From Eledone cirrhosa (lineage: Eukaryota), in NCBI GenBank assembly GCA_964016885.1, contig OZ024741.1:266476001-266540000 (forward strand): a stretch of DNA of 64,000 bases, in the 5' to 3' direction. The first letter of the stretch is position 1. Every line of letters starts with the position of its first letter. A program made the translations under genes and the position numbers. Positions 56,623-64,000 of the stretch are shown in pieces. The notes under the pieces are model-generated. The model was not told the DNA's origin and searched no databases. It saw only the letters and a list, made by a program, of their open reading frames with translations.

Positions 56623-57321
56623 ATGCTCCGCTGGACGTGTAACAGTAATATACGTGAACGGCAAAGCATAAACGAACTAAGGAAAAAATTAGAGATAAGA
56701 GGGATCAGATGTTGTTTACTCGAGAGAAGGCTACGTTGGTATGGACACGTGATGCGCATGAAAGTCGATAGCTGTATAACAAAGTGCAGGGCAATAAAGA
56801 TAGACGGTAGCCACGGAATAGGCAGACCTAGAAAAACCTGGGACGAGCTGATAAACTCCGACCTCACACACTTACACCTCTCCAAGACAATGTCACTGGA
56901 CCGAGACCTTTGGCGGTACTCAGTAACAGAGAAGACCCGCCTTGCCAGTAGGCATCTCTAACAAAATACACCCCGTCCCACCACCACCACCCCCACCCCA
57001 TCCACACCACCCCGTCCTATGTAAAGTTATGTTGGTGCCGCGCCATCCGGGCCGAAACAAATGAGATCGTGTAGGTGTCACGACAAAAAAACACACAGTC
57101 CACGCTGTAATGTGGCCGTGTAGGCAACACGGTAAAAACCTCCCAGACCCACACTGTAAATGTGGTTGGTGTTAGGAAGGGCATCCAACTGTAGAAAACC
57201 TGCCAGACAGTCCTATGCGAGCAAGACAATCACTCTTGCCTCAAGTGGGACTACCCCCGTCCAAACCCATGCAAGCGTGGAACACGGACGTTAAACGTTG
57301 ATGATGATGATGATGATGATG
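56623..57321 (+). mobile_element. RTE LINE copy B, ~700-bp 3' fragment
   Basis: [14 protein letters not shown]...KTRLASRHL*, then 3' UTR and (GAT)n. It is an inverted match to 51718-52405 with roughly a dozen differences counted by eye. Confidence 0.97.
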
Positions 57322-59840
57322 TATATATATATGCATATATATGTATATATATATGCATATATATGTATATATATATGCATATATATGTATATATATATGC
57401 ATATATATGTATGTATATATATATGCATATATATGTATGTATATATATATGCATATGTATGTATATATATATGCATATATATGTATATATATATGCATAT
57501 ATATGTATATATATATGCATATGTATGTATGTATATATATATGCATATGTATGTATGTATATATATATGCGTATGTATGTATGTATATATATATGCGTAT
57601 GTATGTATGTATATATATATGCGTATGTATGTATGTATATATATATGCGTATGTATGTATGTATATATATATGCGTATGTATGTATGTATATATATATGC
57701 GTATGTATGTATGTATGTATATATATATGCGTATGTATGTATGTATATATATATGCGTATGTATGTATGTATATATATATGCGTATGTATGTATGTATAT
57801 ATATATGCGTATGTATGTATGTATATATATATGCGTATGTATGTATATATATGCGTATGTATGTATGTATATATATGCGTATGTATGTATGTATATATAT
57901 GCGTATGTATGTATATATATATATGCGTATGTATGTATATATATATATGCGTATATATGTATATATATATGCGTATATATGTATATATATATGCATATAT
58001 ATGTATATATATATGCATATATATGTATATATATATGCATATATATGTATATATATATGCATATATATGTATATATATATGCATATATATGTATATATAT
58101 ATGCATATATATGTATATATATATATGCATATATATGTATATATATATATGCATATATATGTATATATATATGCATATATATGTATATATATATATGCAT
58201 ATATATGTATATATATATGCATATATATGTATATATATATGCATATATATGTATATATATATGCATATATATGTATATATATATGCATATATATGTATAT
58301 ATATATGCATATATATGTATATATATATGCATATATATGTATATATATATGCATATATATGTATATATATATGCATATATATGTATATATATATGCATAT
58401 ATATGTATATATATATGCATATATATGTATATATATATGCATATATATGTATATATATATGCATATATATGTATATATATATGCATATATATGTATATAT
58501 ATATGTATATATATATGTATATATATATGCATATATATATGTATATATGTATATATATATGCATATATATGTATATATATATGTATATATATATGTATAT
58601 ATGTATATATATATGTATATATATATGTATATATATATGTATATATATATGTATATATATATGTATATATATATGTATATATATATGTATATATATATGT
58701 ATATATATATGTATATATATATGCATATATATGTATATATATATGCATATATATGTATATATATATGCATATATATGTATATATATATGCATATATATGT
58801 ATATATATATGCATATATATGTATATATATATGCATATATATGTATATATATATGCATATATATGTATATATATATATGCATATATATGTATATATATAT
58901 ATGCATATATATGTATATATATATGCATATATATGTATATATATATGCATATATATGTATATATATATGCATATATATGTATATATATATATGCATATAT
59001 ATGTATATATATATGCATATATATGTATATATATATGCATATATATGTATATATATATGCATATATATGTATATATATATGCATATATATGTATATATAT
59101 ATGCATATATATGTATATATATATGCATATATATGTATATATATATGCATATATATGTATATATATATGCATATATATGTATATATATATGCATATATAT
59201 GTATATATATATGTATATATAATATGTATATATATATCGTATATATATGTATATATATATGTATATATGTATATATATATGTATATATATATGTACATAT
59301 ATATGTATATATATATGTATATATATATGTATATATATATGTATATATATATGCATATATATGTATATATATATGTATATATATATGCATATATATGTAT
59401 ATATATATGCATATATATGTATATATATATGCATATATATGTATATATATATGCATATATATGTATATATATATGCATATATATGTATATATATATGCAT
59501 ATATATGTATATATATATGCATATATATGTATATATATATGCATATATATGTATATATATATGTATATATATATGCATATATATGTATATATATATGCAT
59601 ATATATGTATATATATATGCATATATATGTATATATATATGCATATATATGTATATATATATGCATATATATGTATATATATATGCATATATATGTATAT
59701 ATATATGCATATATATGTATATATATATGCATATATATGTATATATATATGCATATATATGTATATATATATGCATATATATGTATATATATATGCATAT
59801 ATATGTATATATATATGCATATATATGTATATATATATGC

Positions 59841-59873
<33 letters not shown>

Positions 59874-59910
59874 TATGTATGTATGTATGGTATGTATGTA
59901 TGTATGTATG

Positions 59911-59942
<32 letters not shown>

Positions 59943-59977
59943 TATATGCATATGCATGGATAGATGCATGCATGTAT
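57322..59977. repeat. (TA)nTGCA / TGCG / TATG compound satellite
   Basis: Read directly from the sequence. It has the same 22-bp composite as 55.5-56.6 kb, plus a GCGTATGTATGT domain at 57.57-57.97 kb. Confidence 0.97.
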
Positions 59978-61200
59978 ATCATCATCGTTTAACGTCCATG
60001 TTCCACGCTTGCATGGGTTTGGATGGGAGTTTTCCCAAATGAGGCAAGAGTGGTTGTCTTGCTCGCATAGGACTGTCTGGCGGGTTTTCTACAGCTGGAT
60101 GCCCTTCCTAACACCAACCACATTTACAGTGTGGGGCTAGGAGGTTTTTACCGTGTTGCCTACACGGCCACATTACAGCGTGGACTGTCTGGCGGGTTTT
60201 CTACAGCTGCATGCCCTTCTTAACACCAACCACATTTACAGTGTGGGACTGATAGGTTTTTACCGTGTTGCCTACATGGCCACATTACAGCGTGGGCTGT
60301 GTGTTTTTTGTTGTGACACCTACACGAGCTCATTTGTTTCGGCCTGGATGTTGTGGCACCAACATAACTTTACATTGAAAGGGGCGGTGTGGATGGGGTG
60401 GGGGTGGTGGGACGGGGGTGCGTTTTGTTTGAGATGCCTACTGACTGTAGTAGGATTTACTTTGTATTTCAGGTAAGGCGGGTCTTCTCTATTACTGAGT
60501 ACCGCCAAAGATCATGGTTCAGTGACATTGTCTTGGAGAGGTGTAAGTGTGTGAGGTCGGAATTTATCAGGTCGTCCCAGGTTTTTCTGGGTCTGCCTAC
60601 TCCGTGGCTACCGTCTATCTTTATTGCCCTGCACTTTTTTATACAGCTGTCGTCTTTCATGCGCATCACGTGACCATACCAACGTAGCCTTCTCTCGACT
60701 AAACAGCATCTGATCCCTCTTATTTCTAATTTTTCCCTTAGTTCGTTTATGCTTTGCCGTTCGCGTATGTTACTATTACACATCCAGCGGAGCATGCAAG
60801 CTTCGTTCCTCTCTAGTCTGCGTATATCCTCTGCACACAATGCCCAGGTCTCACTGCCATGCAACATTGCTGTTCGTATGCAGGCATCATACAGCCTGCC
60901 TTTCATTTTTAGTGAGAACCCTTTAGCGGCTAATAGTGGTATAAGCTCTCTGAACTTTTTCCATCCAGTTCTGACTCTAGCTACTGTACTTTCAGAGCAC
61001 CAACCCCCACTGCTGATTTTGTCACCCAGGTAACGGAAGCTGTCCACCATTTCTATAGAACCATCTGCGCAATTGAAAGAGCTAGTATTCTGTGGGCACT
61101 TGCTGCTACTTATTGCACCAGAGCACCGGCCACATGTAAAATCTATGTTCTTAGTTAGCTTACCTGTGATCCCACTACATCTTTTATGCACCCATACTTT
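59978..61200 (-). mobile_element. RTE LINE copy C, 1.2-kb 3' fragment truncated inside the PHD finger
   Basis: Open frame KVWVHKRCSG...DSFRYLG...KTRLT*; the 3' UTR has a duplicated 112-bp module and a (GAT)n tail. Confidence 0.97.
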
Positions 61201-61302
61201 TTTTATGCATATATATATATATGCATATATATATATACATATGCATATATATATATATATATATGCATATATATATATATATATATGCATATATATATAT
61301 AT

Positions 61303-61962
61303 CCCACCATATAATATGGAGGTTGCCACGCCATTAGCTAAAGTCTTGCTCTCCCTTATTAAGAAGCACTTCCCTTCAGCACAAATATAAATTTTTTTAT
61401 TAGAAATACCATTAAAATATCTTACTCTATGACTCCTAAACTGGCACATAACATCACTGCTTCAAATTTAGCTAAATAATCTAGCCATAGGAACACGTGC
61501 AACCCTGTAGCTAGTACTAACTGTAATTGTAGGAATTGGGTTGACTGCCCTCTATCCGGGAAATGCCTCTCCAGTAACATTGTCTAGAAATGTAAGGTCG
61601 AAACGCCCACGTACCGTAGGGCCTACATATGTTTAACCGCCAATAGATTCAAGCAGCGTAGTTACATGCACACCCATTCTTTTCTTAACCGTTTAAGAAG
61701 GAATATGACGTCTCTTTCAGCTTATATCTGGATTCTATAAGACAACCACACCCAATATAGGTTACATTGGGAGATCCTAGCTAAGGTTAGATCGTATAAT
61801 GGAAATAATAGACCATGCGATCTTTGCACCGCTGAAGCCCTGGAAATACTCTACGCCTATGACCACATTTTAAACAAAAAATCTGAGGCAATTTCGGCTT
61901 GTAAACATATATTGCATAAAGCTTTCCTGTATTACAGCCCCACATTATACCCTAACGGATAG
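61303..61962 (+). mobile_element. Penelope-like retroelement, C-terminal GIY-YIG endonuclease pseudogene
   Basis: PPYNMEVATPLAKVLLSLIKKHFP, a frameshift, then RNTIKISYS..CNCRNWVDCPLSGKCLSSNIV*KC..YICLTANRFKQR..HTHSF..SLSAYIW..WEIL..CDLCTAE..LNKKSEAISACKH. This is a typical PLE Cys-rich linker plus GIY-YIG domain, with three in-frame stops counting the TAA after LAK. Confidence 0.92.
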
Positions 61963-62362
61963 TACGAACAATACGCGGATAATTTACGGCTTGATGTGGT
62001 AGCTAAATATATTTTATGTTTTATACCATTACTTATTTGTATAGGTAAGTATACCTTACCCGTATGTTTTGTGAAGGTACGTATACTTTCTCGTACGTAT
62101 ATTTGCTTGTATTTGTTATAGGTGTATATATTATATTATATATACTGGTACATGTGTATATGGTTGTGTATTTTGTGTGTGTATGCGTGTTTGCACGTAT
62201 GTAAGGTGTGTATATGTGTACTTTGTGTTTTGGTTGATGTACGTTTAGTGAACATGTGTATTTACCTTTAGGTATGTGTGTGTGTGTGTGTGTTATTTAC
62301 GTATTTGTGTGTATATTTATATACGTTTATATAATTATATGTATACACACATGCGTGTATGT

Positions 62363-62530
62363 CGTCATCATCATTTTTACGTTCGCTTTTCCCTGCTTGT
62401 AAGGGTGGGACGACAACTGATTCTGGCTCGATTTCTACAGCTGGATGCCCTTCCTAACACCAACCTCATTTACAGTGAGTGCTGGGTGCTCTTTTGCCGT
62501 GGCACCTCCATGACCACTTTGCAGTGGAAT
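62363..62530 (-). mobile_element. Older RTE 3'-UTR/tail fragment
   Basis: (CAT)n tail and tttctacagctggatgcccttcctaacaccaacc..atttacagtg. Confidence 0.8.
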
Positions 62531-62540
62531 GATATGGACC

Positions 62541-62688
62541 CCAGTCCCTATCATCTCATTTCTACAGCTGAGTAAACTGGAGCAATGTGAAATAGTGTCT
62601 TGCTCAAGGAAACAACACATCACCCGGTCTGAGAATTGAACTCACAACCTTTCGATTGCAAGGCCAATGCTCTAACCACTAAGCCATG
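62541..62688 (-). mobile_element. tRNA head plus CORE domain of a SINE
   Basis: The minus strand reads catggcttagtggttagagc (A-box), gagttcaattct (B-box) and ccttgagcaagacact (CORE). Confidence 0.85.
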
Positions 62689-63020
62689 TATATATTTAAT
62701 TATTGTTGATTTCAATAACCTCTATCATTTTCGTTCTACTAATTTATTTACATTATTCTTAACTTTGAAGCCGAGAATCATTCGATTTCGTAAATAGAGT
62801 ATTAGTCTACGACTCCATTTATACCATAAACGTAGTTTTGTCTTTGCGTGTAATTGTTCTCATTGCTCCACATAATGACATATCTTCGCATTTTTCCGTT
62901 CATTGCCAGGGAACATCTTCACGAACCCAAGTATCGTCTTCTTGTTTTCCTTCGGTTGCAACGTTTTTCAAAATATTTACTTCTGCGTTCAGATTGATTT
63001 TCTTTTTTTTTTTTTTTTTT

Positions 63021-63182
63021 AAGCTTCAGAAGATCCCGTTAAGGGTGAAAGCAGCGATTCTTTGCTTAAACTTTAATCTGTTATTTTAATAAATATTTGC
63101 TCTAGGGTTCTTATATATTTGATATATATTTTTCCTTATCGAGCCCTCTTTGGATTTTAGTCTCCAAATTTATTATTATTAC

Positions 63183-63183
<1 letters not shown>
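63021..63183 (+). mobile_element. Unclassified non-LTR retroelement 3' end with (ATT)n tail abutting (TA)n
   Basis: Homologous to 13512-13611. Confidence 0.65.
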
Positions 63184-63228
<45 letters not shown>

Positions 63229-64000
63229 ATACATACATTCACAGAAGTAAAAGTACACATGTGTAAAAGTAGAATACACAGACATATGTCAAGTGTTCAT
63301 GGTTCGGAGACTGAGAAGACTGTGGATGAGGGTAGTACTTGATGTCTGTTAAGTTGTAGAGTAATTCTAGGTATATATGTATATAACTATGTATATGCAT
63401 CGGTACACACACTCGCCTACACATGGGTATGCACTTTATTTGTGTGAATATATGTATTTGATATGCTCTTAACCTCATTTCCCAGAGACGACCTGGTTAT
63501 TGGTTACAACCTGCTTATTTCTTCTCAATCTCTGCTTGACTGAAAAGTTCTCCCGTTTAGTGAACAGTTTCAAGCTGGTGGTGGGTTGAATATATTCCAG
63601 TATTCCTTCAAAAAAGCAAGTTGTTTTTCTACTTGGCTAGTTAATAGATTAATTACACTTTGGAACGAATGTAACTTAAAAATATTGAAATTTTATCCAC
63701 GCACATGTACATTCATACATACTTGTTTTTCTACTGGTGAAATTTAAATGTGATTTAGTGAAAACTCAGCAAATTTTTTAAATGCTTGTTTCTTTATTTA
63801 ATTAGATAAGTTAAATTTTGTGAAAATTCTAACCTATTCTATTTAGTTTAAGGTGCACCATATCCTTGTATATAATAAGATCCAACTAAAAGGATTGGTG
63901 CCAGGAAGGGCATCTGACTGTAAAACTTTGCCTCAAAAGATCCTATTATGAGTATGTTGCCTATCGTGGTTCCTGCAAGGCTAACTTCTGCTTTAACAGG

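Noticed and set aside
51718-57321. A and B as terminal inverted repeats of one composite or foldback transposon
   Set aside because: The arms are ordinary LINE 3' ends with (GAT)n tails and differ at about a dozen sites. There is no transposase or flanking TSD.
54369-60042. Long YIYMH ORFs, including apparent fusions to RT (55513-56961, 60469-61449)
   Set aside because: Satellite read-through happens to be in frame with truncated LINE fragments.
62720-63000. Possible transposase N-terminus on the minus strand
   Set aside because: Only short frames are present, without a motif I can support.

Overview
This is AT-rich, repeat-dense animal DNA, most likely an octopus or other coleoid cephalopod. 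That assignment is inferred from the SINE families, RTE LINEs and extreme (TA)n content, not proven. No host protein-coding gene can be recognised. The only host signals are a CpG-rich promoter or first-exon candidate with a strong donor (~4.56-4.86 kb), a second promoter-like patch (~15.3-15.7 kb) and a candidate 21-nt microexon (25747-25767), so the window is probably mostly intronic or intergenic. The first 32 kb are a mosaic of tRNA-derived SINEs, piggyBac-, hAT- and Tc1/mariner-type MITEs, a deleted mariner, decayed RTE LINEs and minisatellites. From 32 to 61 kb there is about 24 kb of almost perfectly alternating purine-pyrimidine (TA)n-derived satellite, including one 200-N gap. It is organised into motif domains and is strongly G-skewed on the + strand. 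Five 5'-truncated retroelements sit in or at the edge of it in alternating orientation: one RTE of a second lineage, three copies of an RTE family whose reverse transcriptase carries an inserted C4HC3 PHD-type finger, and a Penelope GIY-YIG fragment. The very long Tyr/Ile/Met/Cys/His ORFs in the ORF track are microsatellite artefacts. I found no demonstrably new biological system. The best leads are the TA-satellite retroelement nest and the PHD-finger RT.
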